DNA of 64,000 nt from an uncultured Chloroflexia bacterium (GCA_963724295.1 CAVRUC010000005.1:256001-320000); one strand, 5' to 3'. Positions 1-9,900 are shown, counted from the first letter of the stretch. Made by a program: numbers and translations. The notes: generated from the letters alone by a model not told the origin.

Positions 1-737
1 CGATGCTGGGCCGAGTCTCCCTCGATGTCGTCGATGATGGTGGCATCCTCATCGACGAAGACCTCTTCGCGGCGGACAGAGCCGGAGACCTGCTCGGTGC
101 GCTCGACGGCTTCCTTGCTGACGACCACTTCGCCGGTGACCCGGGCCTGCTTCTGCAGGTCGACCGTCTCGGTGGTCAAGGGCACGTCGATGACCGTCTC
201 CTCGAAGGCCGCGGCATCCGTGGCACTGACCGGGCGGTCGACTACGCGCCGCTCGACGCGCACCCGCTCCTCGGTGACCGGGACGTTGAGGGTCTGCTCC
301 TCGGTGACGACGTCCTTCTCGATGCGGACCGCCCCGGCCTCCTGCTCGCGGACCGTGGCGGTCAACTCCTCTTCCATGACAGGGATACGGAGCTGGTCCT
401 CGGCGGCAACCTCGTAGGCGCCGACCTCCGTCTGGCCAGTAGAACGGGCGCCGCCGGTCGCGGTGACATCGACATCGGTGAGGACCGCGCCGGTGTCGGG
501 CACCGTGTCCCAGCCGCTGTTCAACGCCGCGTCCTTGGCCAGATTCAGATTGACCTGGCCGTCACTTGCGCTGGCGATGGCGCTCGTGGGAATGTAGTAG
601 TCCGTGGGGAAGAAGAAGCCCTTCTCCACCACGATGTAGCTCGACTGCACCTCGGCGACGGTGCCAACTTTGTCGCCGTCGCTGCCATAGACATCGTCAC
701 CGACATTGATCTGGCTCGACCCGGTTGACCAGCTCAT
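1..737 (-). CDS. YsnF/AvaK (DUF2382) domain protein with N-terminal PRC-barrel/DUF2171-like domain; 3' end runs off the window
   Basis: Not in the ORF track because there is no stop in the window. Manual translation from ATG 737 (RBS GGAGGT): MSWSTGSSQINVGDDVYGSDGDKVGTVAEV...VEKGFFFPTDYYIP...RIPVMEEEL...VRIEKDVVTEEQTLNVPVTEERVRVERR. Confidence 0.8.
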   Translation of the reverse strand, partial: MSWSTGSSQINVGDDVYGSDGDKVGTVAEVQSSYIVVEKGFFFPTDYYIPTSAIASASDGQVNLNLAKDAALNSGWDTVPDTGAVLTDVDVTATGGARSTGQTEVGAYEVAAEDQLRIPVMEEELTATVREQEAGAVRIEKDVVTEEQTLNVPVTEERVRVERRVVDRPVSATDAAAFEETVIDVPLTTETVDLQKQARVTGEVVVSKEAVERTEQVSGSVRREEVFVDEDATIIDDIEGDSAQH

Positions 738-836
738 CTGTTACCTCCGTATATCGCTGACTGCCTGACGGGACTGCCCGCCGACTGTTCGGTTTCGTAA
801 GTCACGTCTGCACGCTTCGATGTGCCATCCGGCAGG

Positions 837-1352
837 CTACCCGCCGCCCATCATCTTCTTCATTGCCACAGCCGCGACCCCGCCCAGGACCGCCTTGCCG
901 AGCGGACCTCCGAGCAAATCGCCACCGGAACTACTGGCTTGGGCATTTCCGCCACCGCCAAACATGCCACCCAGCATCCCGCCCAAGCCGCCCAGCGGGT
1001 CGTCACTCCCCTGTTGCTGCTGGTACTGCGAGAGCTCCCGGGCCATTCGCCGCGGATCATCATCGTCGTCGTTATCAATCTGGCCGCCCTGCTGTCGCAT
1101 CCGGCGGCGCAGCTCGCGCCGCTCCTCGCGCGACAGGCGACCGAGAGATTCAGCCGCGGCCTCCTCGTACTCCTGGGGCGAGAGGCGGCCGGCCGTTGCC
1201 CGGTAGTTCTGGATCACCTCGTCGTCATCGATGCCGTCGTACGGCCTCCCTCGTTCATAGCGCTCGATGAAGTCGTTAGCGCGCTGGCGCCGCACGGGTT
1301 CATCGTCATCGTCCTGCCCGCCAAACAGGCCTCCTAGCAATTGATCAACCAC
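837..1352 (-). CDS. Hypothetical protein, Gly/acidic-rich, C-terminal 'GKAVLGGVAAVAMKKMMG'
   Basis: ORF 837..1394; GGAGG RBS favours GTG at 1352; coding-like codon bias. Confidence 0.65.
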   Translation of the reverse strand: MVDQLLGGLFGGQDDDDEPVRRQRANDFIERYERGRPYDGIDDDEVIQNYRATAGRLSPQEYEEAAAESLGRLSREERRELRRRMRQQGGQIDNDDDDDPRRMARELSQYQQQQGSDDPLGGLGGMLGGMFGGGGNAQASSSGGDLLGGPLGKAVLGGVAAVAMKKMMGGG

Positions 1353-1735
1353 CGCCGTACCTCCTGGAAACTGCAACCTCTGTAGCGCGGACACGATGTC
1401 CGCCGCTACCAGCTAGCGTTGCATCCCGCTTTGCCGGTTGCGCTTCTAAGTTGACGACCCGTTCGTCGCCGCCAACTCTCAATGCATGCTTCGTGCCGCA
1501 TGAGAATGAACGACTCATAAACCAGGTTCGACCCGGTGTGCGCACGTTCTGGCAGACGCTGCTGGAGCTCTGTCCGGGTTGTTCTGGCACACGTGGTGCA
1601 TGGAGGCGACGCGAGCGCTCTGCGGGACTCCAGCGCGATGGATGCCACCCCTTTTTCGGGTGTCGTCCGCACGCCTCGTTCGAGCCGCGAAGTAGTCACG
1701 CCTCGTGCTTCCTTCGATCCTTGGAGTCGTTCTTC

Positions 1736-2623
1736 GTGAGACATTCGGGGCCGCTTTCGACCGCTCTTCAGGTGCTGCGTCAAACGCTGCGCGATGTTTG
1801 GGCCGGACAGGCGATGGAGTGGGCGGCCGCGCTGGCCTTCTACGGCGTTCTCTCCGTCTTCCCGTTGCTGCTCGCCGGCGCCGCATTGGCGAGCTACGTC
1901 GTTTCTCCGTCCGTCGTCACGGCTCGGCTGTCCACCGTGGTGGAGGCAGTGCTCCCAGCAGGTGTTGTCGATGTCGATCCGATCGTCTCGGCCGCCATCG
2001 CGGCGCGCGGGCAGGTCGGGCTGTTGGTGATCATTCTCTGGGTGCTTGCCGGCCGGCGAATCTTCGGCGCACTGGTGACTGCACTTGATCGCGTCTCGGA
2101 TGTCGATGCGCGCCACGAGACGGTGCGGCGCCGGGCGCTGGTCGAGTTGGTCGCCCTCGCGGGGACCGGCATGCTGTTTCTGGTGGCGCTGGTGGCGCGC
2201 TCCCTCCTGGGATTCGCGTGGGAGGCCGTCTGGGGGAGCGGGGCCAACTCTCCCGTAGCGTGGGCTGTGGGGGCCGTGGTCCATGCCCTGCTGCTGGCGT
2301 TGGCCTTCTTTGCGCTCTTCACCGTCGTTCCGCATGGGGAACGCAACCCGCGAGCGGCGATGATCGGCGCGATCGCCGCCACGGGACTTGTCCTCATCGC
2401 CCGCGCAATCTTCCTGGCGGCCCTCGACCGACTATGGGCGAGCTTCGCGCTGATCTATGGCCCGATGGCACTCGCGGCCCTGTTGCTCACGTGGGGCTGG
2501 GTCCTGGGGCTCATCGTCCTGTTCGGGGGATCACTCGCCTCCCACGTCAAGGTCATGCTCATCGAAGGGCGCAGCGCGTCCGAAGCCGAGCGGCGTCACG
2601 TCGCACATAAAGTCGCGGCGTGA
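1736..2623 (+). CDS. YihY/virulence factor BrkB family membrane protein
   Basis: AAALAFYGVLSVFPLLL, IYGPMALAALLLTW, multiple TM helices; start moved to GTG 1736 after GGAG. Confidence 0.85.
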   Translation: MRHSGPLSTALQVLRQTLRDVWAGQAMEWAAALAFYGVLSVFPLLLAGAALASYVVSPSVVTARLSTVVEAVLPAGVVDVDPIVSAAIAARGQVGLLVIILWVLAGRRIFGALVTALDRVSDVDARHETVRRRALVELVALAGTGMLFLVALVARSLLGFAWEAVWGSGANSPVAWAVGAVVHALLLALAFFALFTVVPHGERNPRAAMIGAIAATGLVLIARAIFLAALDRLWASFALIYGPMALAALLLTWGWVLGLIVLFGGSLASHVKVMLIEGRSASEAERRHVAHKVAA

Positions 2624-2709
2624 TCGCCGAGCAGCGAATAAGGTAGAACCACCGAGCCGCGGCGCAGTCTGGGCGTCGCATGACGAATTCCGGCAAGCGG
2701 CCGCAATGC

Positions 2710-2788
2710 GAGACGGAGCGAGCCGGCTGGCTCGCTCCGTCTCAGTTGTTAGCGATCCTGCGCCGGGTGGGTACGAGCCCACCCGGCG
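2710..2788. terminator. Two strong hairpins between convergent genes (probable bidirectional terminator or 3' stabiliser)
   Basis: GAGACGGAGCGAGCC-ggct-GGCTCGCTCCGTCTC (15-bp stem) and CGCCGGGTGGG-tacgag-CCCACCCGGCG. Confidence 0.6.
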
Positions 2789-2801
2789 TTCGTCAGAGCG
2801 C

Positions 2802-3983
2802 TTAGCTCCCGACGATGATGGTGTTGCCCTCGTTGCCGCCGGAGTTGACATCGCCAACCGTCACCGTGCCACCGTTAGCTTCCGATACAGCGGTTCCGCC
2901 ATTTCCGGCCGCCGCATCGCCACCGGTGCCACCGGCCGCGGCGTTGCCGTCGCCGCCGTCAGCGGTGGAGACCGCGGTGCCGCCGTTGGCGCTGATGTCG
3001 ATCGTCGTCTCGTTGGTGACCGTGCCGCCGTCGACCGCCACGTTTCCGCCCTGGGTCCCCTCGACCACGATCGTGTTGCCGCGGTTGCCGCCGGAGTTGA
3101 TGTCGCCGACTGTCACCGTGCCGCCATTGGCTTCCGAGACAGCGGTGCCGCCGTTCCCGGCCGCCGCGTTGCCGCCGGCGCCACCAGCCGCGGCGTTGCC
3201 GTTCCCGCCGTTAGCGCTGGAGACCGCGGTGCCGCCATCCGCGCTGATTGCGATGGTGGTGGCGTTGCTCACAGTGCCGCCGTCGATGCGGACGTTCGAG
3301 GCGCGTCCGAACAGGCCACCGCCCAGGCCGACCACAATGGTGTTGCCGCGATTGCTGCCGGAGTTGATGTCGCCGACCTTGATCGCACCACCGTTGGCCT
3401 GTGCCACCGCCACGCCACCGAGACCCGCCGAGGCGTTGCCAAGGAGGCCACCGGCCGCGGCATTGCCGTTGCCACCGTTGGCGCTGGAGACCGCTGTGCC
3501 GCCATCGGCGCTCAGCCGCAGTGTCGTTTCATTGGAAACCGTGCCGCCGCTGACCGCCACGTTGCTCGGTCCGTAGTGGCACGGGGAGGAGCCGGTGCTC
3601 ACGACGACGGTGTTGCCCCGGTTGTTCCCGGAGTTGATGTCGTCGAGGTCGATCATTCCGCCGTTGGCCAGGGAGACCGCCACCCCAGCGTTGCCGGCCG
3701 AGGCGTTGCCACCGGCAGCGGCGTTGCCGTTGCCACCGTCGGCGGTGCTGACCGCGGTGCCGCCGTCCGCGCTCAGGTCGAGCGTCGTCTCGTTCGAAAC
3801 CCGGCCGCCATTGACCGCGATGTTCGAAGGCTGGTAGCAGCTCGTGGCCGACGCGGCCGGAGCCATCGTGGCGACACCGATCAGCATCGCGGCGACGGGA
3901 ACAAGCCGCAGCCCCGCAAGCAGCGCCGACCGCTTCTGCAGAATAAATCGCGCGGCTCCCCGCATTTGTGTCTGGTCCGTCAT
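2802..3983 (-). CDS. Secreted Gly/Asn/Ala-rich protein with four tandem ~80-85 aa AB repeats (candidate beta-rich fibre subunit)
   Basis: Signal peptide ending APAASA; four copies of NVAVxGGTVSNxTTxxxSADGGTAVSxAxGGxGNAAAGG + NASAGNGGxAVSxANGGxxxxGDINSGxNRGNTIVV; start ATG 3983 after GGAGAGGG. Confidence 0.8.
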   Translation of the reverse strand: MTDQTQMRGAARFILQKRSALLAGLRLVPVAAMLIGVATMAPAASATSCYQPSNIAVNGGRVSNETTLDLSADGGTAVSTADGGNGNAAAGGNASAGNAGVAVSLANGGMIDLDDINSGNNRGNTVVVSTGSSPCHYGPSNVAVSGGTVSNETTLRLSADGGTAVSSANGGNGNAAAGGLLGNASAGLGGVAVAQANGGAIKVGDINSGSNRGNTIVVGLGGGLFGRASNVRIDGGTVSNATTIAISADGGTAVSSANGGNGNAAAGGAGGNAAAGNGGTAVSEANGGTVTVGDINSGGNRGNTIVVEGTQGGNVAVDGGTVTNETTIDISANGGTAVSTADGGDGNAAAGGTGGDAAAGNGGTAVSEANGGTVTVGDVNSGGNEGNTIIVGS

Positions 3984-4462
3984 GTCCCTCTCCTTGCTCT
4001 CGCTCTCGAACCGCTCGCCGGAATCCACTGCCTGCCGATTCACGATTGCCATGTCCTTGCTCCTTGCTCCTTGCACCGTGTGCTTGTCGTCCGGCCGTCC
4101 GTGCCTTCACGGCTCTGCAACCATTTCAACAGGCAAGGTCTCGCCGCACCGCCAACGGCTTGGCTGGGGCGGTGTCAAATCGGGAACAGAGCGGACAGGG
4201 GTGAATGGGACTCGTTACGCCCGTGGCGGGTCACTGCATTCGAGGGCAAATGGAGGTGAGGGGGTCAGGAAGGTGGCGGCAGGATTGAAGGTGATAGAGG
4301 GGGCGACCATGGCCTGCCACGCCGGAGCACCGGCCGTGGGATTTGTGGCGATGCCGAAGGAATCCACCACTTTCACCACCGCGCGCAGGCGCGGCCTGAT
4401 CGTGGGGCTGGCAGGCGCTCTGGCCCGCCAGCCCATACATGGAGTTGTGAGCGTCTGGAAGA

Positions 4463-5578
4463 CTAGGCGCCGAGGCGGTCGCGGATCGCCGTGAAGGCCG
4501 CGTGGCCCACGCTCACGAAGGTCGGCCCCACCGACGCCACACTGCCTGCCTCGTCATCGGACCAATTGAGGATGACCGCGAAATAGACCCAGCGCTGCGC
4601 CACGTACATGCCTCCGGCCGCTGAGAGCACGTGGTCCGAGAACGCGTCGAGGCTGCCCCCTTTGACAAAGGTATTGACCCCGAGCGGCAGAATCTGGGCG
4701 ATCTCGTCCTTCAACGAGAGCACTTCACGGAAGGCGACGAGCGTCTCGGGGTACTGGAATAGCTCGCCCGGCAGGGCGCGCGAGTAGAAGCTGACGAGCT
4801 CGTCTGCGGTACTGGCCATGGTGATCTCGTCATTGAGCGCGAAGCGCGGCGGGTATGGCGTGTTCTCCACGAGCGGCAGGAGCCGCTCCCAGGTGATGGT
4901 GCGCCAGTCGGGGTCGCCAAACACGTAGCCGACGTACTGCCGAGTGCTATCCGGAATTCGCGTCTGCCGTAGACCCAGGTCGGAAATGAGCCCACGCACC
5001 CGCTCGGGACCGACACGCTGCAGGAGCATGTCGGCGGCAGTGTCGTCGCTCTCGAGGATCATCGCTTGCAGCGCGGTGCGCGTCGTCACCTTGCCGGTGA
5101 GATTCGGGGGATTCAAGATGGGAGAGCCGAGCGTGAAGACGCTCTCGTCGAGCGCCAGTTCCTCCTGCATTTGCTCGCCCAGCTGAACGAAAAGCGGAGC
5201 CGAGGCCGTGGGATCCATGGTCTCCTCAGCTTGCCGGAGATACTCGGCCAGGACGAAGGCCTTGAAGGCGCTGGCGATAACGAGCTCGCGATCGGCCATG
5301 GCGGAAGCCGACCATTCGGCACGGCCGGCATCCGGTGGCGCCCAGAACTTGAGGCCTTTCGTTCCCGGGAGCGCATCGAAAAGCTCGATAACCTCGACGG
5401 CGAGGCCGTCCTGAGTCGGTTCCTCCCCGATCCCCGCCGTGGGCGTGGCATCCTGTGCTGCCACCGATCTCAGGGACGCGCCGCCGAGCCCGGCAGCCAC
5501 GCCGAGACCGCCGGCACGCAGGGCGCCCCGGCGGGAGAGCTTTCGCGGCGTGAAGCTTTCTGACCGCCGGTTGATCAT
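4463..5578 (-). CDS. Tat-exported serine hydrolase, class A beta-lactamase-like fold
   Basis: LSRRGALR Tat signal; SxxK (ASAFK), SDN-like SDD, KTG-like KGG motifs. Confidence 0.8.
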   Translation of the reverse strand: MINRRSESFTPRKLSRRGALRAGGLGVAAGLGGASLRSVAAQDATPTAGIGEEPTQDGLAVEVIELFDALPGTKGLKFWAPPDAGRAEWSASAMADRELVIASAFKAFVLAEYLRQAEETMDPTASAPLFVQLGEQMQEELALDESVFTLGSPILNPPNLTGKVTTRTALQAMILESDDTAADMLLQRVGPERVRGLISDLGLRQTRIPDSTRQYVGYVFGDPDWRTITWERLLPLVENTPYPPRFALNDEITMASTADELVSFYSRALPGELFQYPETLVAFREVLSLKDEIAQILPLGVNTFVKGGSLDAFSDHVLSAAGGMYVAQRWVYFAVILNWSDDEAGSVASVGPTFVSVGHAAFTAIRDRLGA

Positions 5579-5650
5579 GGGTTTGGCCCTCTCCTAACGG
5601 GACACGCTGAAGCTGCCCCAACACGCACTTAGACTGGTGCATCGCCTCGG

Positions 5651-5685
5651 TTCCCGAACTGTAGCGGATTCGGGGAGTCTGTCAA
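5651..5685 (-). promoter_or_regulatory. Putative sigma70-type promoter with overlapping inverted repeat
   Basis: Minus strand TTGACA-N16-TACAGT; imperfect IR TTCCCGAA-N10-TTCGGGGA. Confidence 0.4.
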
Positions 5686-5814
5686 CGGCAGCATCTGGCG
5701 CACAGCCGCGAAGACTGTCGTCGGTCCGGCATCGTCCTTGCGAGAGCCGGATTACCGCGCAGCGATCGGGCGACGGGACTGATCGAAGCGGTAACCGGTA
5801 ATGTGGAGTAAGCG

Positions 5815-7284
5815 GTGACGACATTGCCACCACGTCTGGAAACGGGAATCCCGGGACTCGATGCAGTCCTCGGCGGTGGGCTGCCGGCCGGGCGGACCAG
5901 CCTCGTCGCCGGGCAACCGGGTACAGGGAAGACGACGCTCGGCAATCAGCTCGCCTATCACCATGCCGCCGCCGGTGGCCGAGCCGTGGTGGCCACCCTT
6001 CTCGCCGAGACCCACGACCTGATGTTGACCAATCTCGCCAGCTTTACCTTCTTCGACACCTCGCTTGTCGGTGAGCGGGTGACTTACCTCAATCTCTTCG
6101 ATGCCCTGGAGGAGGGGCTGGACGCGGTCAGCACCGCCATCCGGCGCGTGGTGCGAGAGACAGGGGCCTCATTGCTCATCGTCGACGGAGCCACCGTCAT
6201 CGAGGATATCGCCCACTCTCCTCTTGCCCTGCGCCGCTTCGCGCAGCAATTGCACACCCAGGCCGCCGTCCTGGGCGCTACCACACTGCTGCTGACTGGT
6301 CACACTCGAGAGGAGCTCGGGGATCTCGGCGCCCACGTCGACGGCGTGATCGTGCTCGCCAACGAGCGGTTCGACTCCCGCCATGTCCGGCAGCTGGAGG
6401 TACTCAAGCTGCGCGGCGGTCCCCACGTGAGCGGCGCCCACGAGTTCACCATCAGCGAGATCGGTCTCACGGTCCACCCCCGCCTGGAGTCGGTGGCCGG
6501 CAAGCACCGCCCTCAAGAGGTGACCCGTGAGGGAGTTGGGCTCGGCACCGGTGTCGTTGCCCTCGATACCATGCTCGGCGGCGGGCTCCTGCCCTACTCC
6601 AGCACCCTGGTGATGGGCACTCCAGGCTCAGGTAAGACACTGCTCGGGCTCAGCTTCCTCATGGAAGGCGCCGTCCGCGGTGAACGCGGTCTCCTTGCCG
6701 GGTTCCATGAGACGGAGCCAGATCTGGTCACGACGGCGGCGAGGATTGGACTCGACCTGCGGGGAGCGATCGAGACCGGCCTGGTTCGTATCCAGTGGGA
6801 TCCCCCTCTGGAGCTCTCCGCCGATGCCTGGGCGTGGCGGCTCCTGGCGATCGTGGATGAACATCGCCCCGAGCGAGTTTTCATCGACGCCCTCACCGAC
6901 ATCCAACGGTTTTTTTCCTCCCCGCAACGGATGCCTACCTACTCAGCGGCCCTCACCAACGAGTTACGGGCGCGCGGGGCCACGGCCCTGATAGCCACGG
7001 AGATCGATGCGTACGTCGACGATCAGTTGCTCGTGCCGGTGCCGGCCGCCTCGGCGACGATGGACAACGGCATCCTGCTGCGCCAGATCGAGCTGCGCTC
7101 GGCCCTACACCGCCTGGTGTCGGTCCTCAAGTCCCGTCAGATGGAGACCGATCCCACCATTCGCGGGTTCGTCATCTCGGACCAGGGCATCGTCGTCAAT
7201 AGCCCATTTGCCGGCGCCACGTCCGGCCTGCTCACGGGTCGCGCCGTGCCGGCCGAGGCAACGACCGGAGCTGAGGCGCCGTGA
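5815..7284 (+). CDS. KaiC-like/RAD55-family double RecA-domain ATPase
   Basis: Two ETG/GTG..LD..LGGG repeats with Walker A GQPGTGKTT and GTPGSGKT; LEVLKLRG and VLKSRQ motifs. Confidence 0.88.
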   Translation: MTTLPPRLETGIPGLDAVLGGGLPAGRTSLVAGQPGTGKTTLGNQLAYHHAAAGGRAVVATLLAETHDLMLTNLASFTFFDTSLVGERVTYLNLFDALEEGLDAVSTAIRRVVRETGASLLIVDGATVIEDIAHSPLALRRFAQQLHTQAAVLGATTLLLTGHTREELGDLGAHVDGVIVLANERFDSRHVRQLEVLKLRGGPHVSGAHEFTISEIGLTVHPRLESVAGKHRPQEVTREGVGLGTGVVALDTMLGGGLLPYSSTLVMGTPGSGKTLLGLSFLMEGAVRGERGLLAGFHETEPDLVTTAARIGLDLRGAIETGLVRIQWDPPLELSADAWAWRLLAIVDEHRPERVFIDALTDIQRFFSSPQRMPTYSAALTNELRARGATALIATEIDAYVDDQLLVPVPAASATMDNGILLRQIELRSALHRLVSVLKSRQMETDPTIRGFVISDQGIVVNSPFAGATSGLLTGRAVPAEATTGAEAP

Positions 7285-7655
7285 AGACCGTCCTTGTCGT
7301 CGACGACGAACCGGTGCTGCGCGTTCTCATGCGAGAGATCCTGCAGGACGAGGGCTACGCCGTCATCGACGCGTCGGACGGCCAGGCCATGCTCGAGCTT
7401 CTGCAGGGCGTGCATCCCGATCTCGTGCTGATGGATGTGATGATGCCGGGTGTCGATGGACGGGAGGCCTACCAGGCACTGCGCTCACGGATGGACATGC
7501 CGGATCTGCCGGTCGTCATGATGAGCGCCGCGGTCCAGCCCGGCAAGCTGGACCCATCAATTGCCGCCTTCCTGCGCAAGCCCTTTGATCTGACCGAGCT
7601 AGTCGATCTGGTGGCTCACCTGATCGGCCCCCCAGGCGAGGACGGTAAGGCCTAG
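7281..7655 (+). CDS. Single-domain response regulator (CheY-like receiver)
   Basis: VLVVDDE, DLVLMDVMMPGVDG, LRKPF; GTGA overlap with the ATPase gene. Confidence 0.92.
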   Translation: MKTVLVVDDEPVLRVLMREILQDEGYAVIDASDGQAMLELLQGVHPDLVLMDVMMPGVDGREAYQALRSRMDMPDLPVVMMSAAVQPGKLDPSIAAFLRKPFDLTELVDLVAHLIGPPGEDGKA

Positions 7656-7865
7656 TCCACCAGCTCACGAGGCGATCGAGCACGAGGACCCCGGGCCAGC
7701 CGATTGCGAGTCTCGGTTGAATCCCTCGCGTTCGCAGCGGGCCCCGAGGTGGTCTCGGATTGATTGGTTGGGCCAACTCCGCGGTCCGCTCGTAGCGGCG
7801 ATGATCTATCATCTGCGCGGCCTGAATCGTCATCCGGTGCCCATTCCGATGGGGCGGAGAGAAGC

Positions 7866-7994
7866 GTGAATGCGCCACCGGATGCTCGTCCCGACGGTCG
7901 AACCTGTGCCACATTGCTGGCGCCGCTGACCGAGGAAATCCAAATCTGCGCATGTCCGCTCTGCAACCCGTCCTCCATTCCGCACGAGGTGTAG
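7866..7994 (+). CDS. Possible 42-aa Cys-rich peptide (CACPLC)
   Basis: GTG after GGAGAG; ends 6 nt before the metal-binding protein gene. Confidence 0.25.
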   Translation: MNAPPDARPDGRTCATLLAPLTEEIQICACPLCNPSSIPHEV

Positions 7995-8000
7995 TCTTGA

Positions 8001-8978
8001 ATGAAGAGCACGCGGTTGCCGCGCCTGAATCACCGATTCGCTGGGCTCGTCGCGATGCTCGCATCGATCGTCCTGCTCTCCATGCTGAATTCGGCGGCCG
8101 CCCAGACTCCTGCCGCGAAGGAGCCACTTCATGTGGTCGCGAGCTTCAGCGTCCTCGGCGACCTGGTTAAGGATGTCGGCGGTGATGCCGTGCAGGTCAC
8201 GACGCTCATCGGTCCCGGGGTCGACGCCCATACCTACGATCCGGCCCCGGCGGATCTCGTCGTCCTGGAAGATGCCGATGTCGTCTTCGAGAACGGTCTC
8301 GGCTTCGAACCATGGCTCGATCGTTTCTTCGAGTCCACCCAACCCTCCGGCGCCCGGATCGTGGTCAGCGAAGGCATCACGCCGCGCACGATCGACGATG
8401 ATGAAACCGGGGAGAGCGCGCAGGAAGCCCAGGAGCATGGCGGAGTCGATCCGCACGTCTGGCACGACGTCGCCAACGCCATCGTCATGGTCGGCAACAT
8501 CCGTGACGCGCTCGTGAGCGAAGATCCCGCGAATGCCGCCCACTACGAGGCGAACGCGACAGCGACCATTGCCCGTTTTGAGGCCCTGGATGCATGGATC
8601 CGCCAGCAGGCCGCCACCCTGCCGGAAGATCGCCGCAAGCTCGTCACCTCTCATGACACCTTCGGCTACTTCGCCGCTGCCTACGACTTCGAGATCATTG
8701 GCACCGCGCTCGGCTCCCTCTCGACCGAGGCGGGCGATCCCTCCGCGCGTGACATTGGTCTGCTCGTTGAGGAGATCACGGCCACGGGTGTGCCGGCCAT
8801 CTTTGCCGAGAACGTTGCCAACCCTGATCTCATGGCATCCATTGCCGCCGAAGCGGGAGTCGAGTTGGCGCCGACGCTTTACACCGATGCCCTGGGACCA
8901 CCGGGCAGTCCCGGCGAAACCTACGAGGGCATGATGCGCAACAACGTAACAACCATCGTCGACGCGCTCACGGGCTAG
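8001..8978 (+). CDS. Zn/Mn ABC transporter substrate-binding protein (ZnuA/TroA family)
   Basis: GVDAHTYDP, ENGLGFEPW, DPHVWHD, TSHDTFGYF, LYTDALG. Confidence 0.92.
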   Translation: MKSTRLPRLNHRFAGLVAMLASIVLLSMLNSAAAQTPAAKEPLHVVASFSVLGDLVKDVGGDAVQVTTLIGPGVDAHTYDPAPADLVVLEDADVVFENGLGFEPWLDRFFESTQPSGARIVVSEGITPRTIDDDETGESAQEAQEHGGVDPHVWHDVANAIVMVGNIRDALVSEDPANAAHYEANATATIARFEALDAWIRQQAATLPEDRRKLVTSHDTFGYFAAAYDFEIIGTALGSLSTEAGDPSARDIGLLVEEITATGVPAIFAENVANPDLMASIAAEAGVELAPTLYTDALGPPGSPGETYEGMMRNNVTTIVDALTG

Positions 8979-9126
8979 CCGATTATCGGGATCGTTCAAG
9001 GCGCGGCATCTCCTCCCGACCTGGAGAGTTCACGGCTTGTCAAGCCATCAGGTTGGGGAGTCGCTCGTCGCGGACGCGGTACGCTGTCTTGCCGTCTGGC
9101 CGTCTCGTTGGGAAGGGCGCTGACTG

Positions 9127-9900
9127 GTGACGATCACGTTTGTGCACTTAAGCGATCTGCATCTCGCCCCGCCCGGACAGCTCCTTGCCGGCGTCGACTC
9201 CATGCGGCAAATGCGGGCCGTGCTGGATCGCATCAAACAGCTCGACGCGGCGCCCGCGTTCATCGTCGTCAGCGGCGACCTTGTTGATGATGGCTCCGCC
9301 GAAAGTTACGCGGTCGTCAACGAGGTCTTGCAGGAGCTTGGCGCGCGAGCCACGCCGGTCCTCCTCGCGCTCGGCAACCACGACGACCGGGCGGCGTTCC
9401 GCCGCGTTGTCCTGGGAGAGGGGCGTTCGGACCCCCAGAGTCCGTACCACTACAGCCAGCTCATCGACGGGCTACGGGTGATCGTGCTCGACTCGACGAT
9501 TCCCGGTGACGTCGGCGGCGCGCTGGGAGCGACCCAACTCGCCTGGCTGGAGGCCCAACTCGCGGAACCTGTCCCGTGGGGAAACCTGATCGTGCTCCAC
9601 CATCCCTGTCGGCTGGTCGCTCCGCCGCACCACTACCCGGCGTTCATCGTGCGTGAGGCGGCGGCCCTGGAAGAGATCGTGGCGCACCACCAGGACGTGG
9701 TCGTCGGGGTCCTGGCGGGTCATTCGCACCAGGCGAATAGCGCGCCTTTCGGGGGCACCCTGCACGTGACCGCGCCGGCGGTGCTGTGCCAGCTCGATTA
9801 CTTCGCGGGCGAGCAATACGTTCCGATCCCCGGTGCGGGCTTCAATCTCTGCCAGATCGACGACGGTCAATTTGCCGTCCATCCGGTTCTGCTGACGTAA
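9127..9900 (+). CDS. Calcineurin-like metallophosphoesterase (CpdA/Icc-like)
   Basis: HLSDLH, SGDLVD, LGNHD, LHHP, AGHSH motifs. Confidence 0.9.
   Translation: MTITFVHLSDLHLAPPGQLLAGVDSMRQMRAVLDRIKQLDAAPAFIVVSGDLVDDGSAESYAVVNEVLQELGARATPVLLALGNHDDRAAFRRVVLGEGRSDPQSPYHYSQLIDGLRVIVLDSTIPGDVGGALGATQLAWLEAQLAEPVPWGNLIVLHHPCRLVAPPHHYPAFIVREAAALEEIVAHHQDVVVGVLAGHSHQANSAPFGGTLHVTAPAVLCQLDYFAGEQYVPIPGAGFNLCQIDDGQFAVHPVLLT

Noticed and set aside
2457..4259. 600-aa repetitive plus-strand ORF
   Set aside because: Antisense to the signal-peptide-bearing AB-repeat gene; its repeats only mirror that gene.
4463..5578. Bona fide beta-lactam resistance gene (likewise the APH-family gene at 31826 as aminoglycoside resistance)
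   Set aside because: Only fold-level motifs are visible, and they deviate (SDD, KGG). Substrates cannot be inferred from the sequence.
5815..7284. Circadian clock kaiC
   Set aside because: No kaiA or kaiB nearby; the sequence and receiver-domain context fit the broader KaiC-like ATPases.
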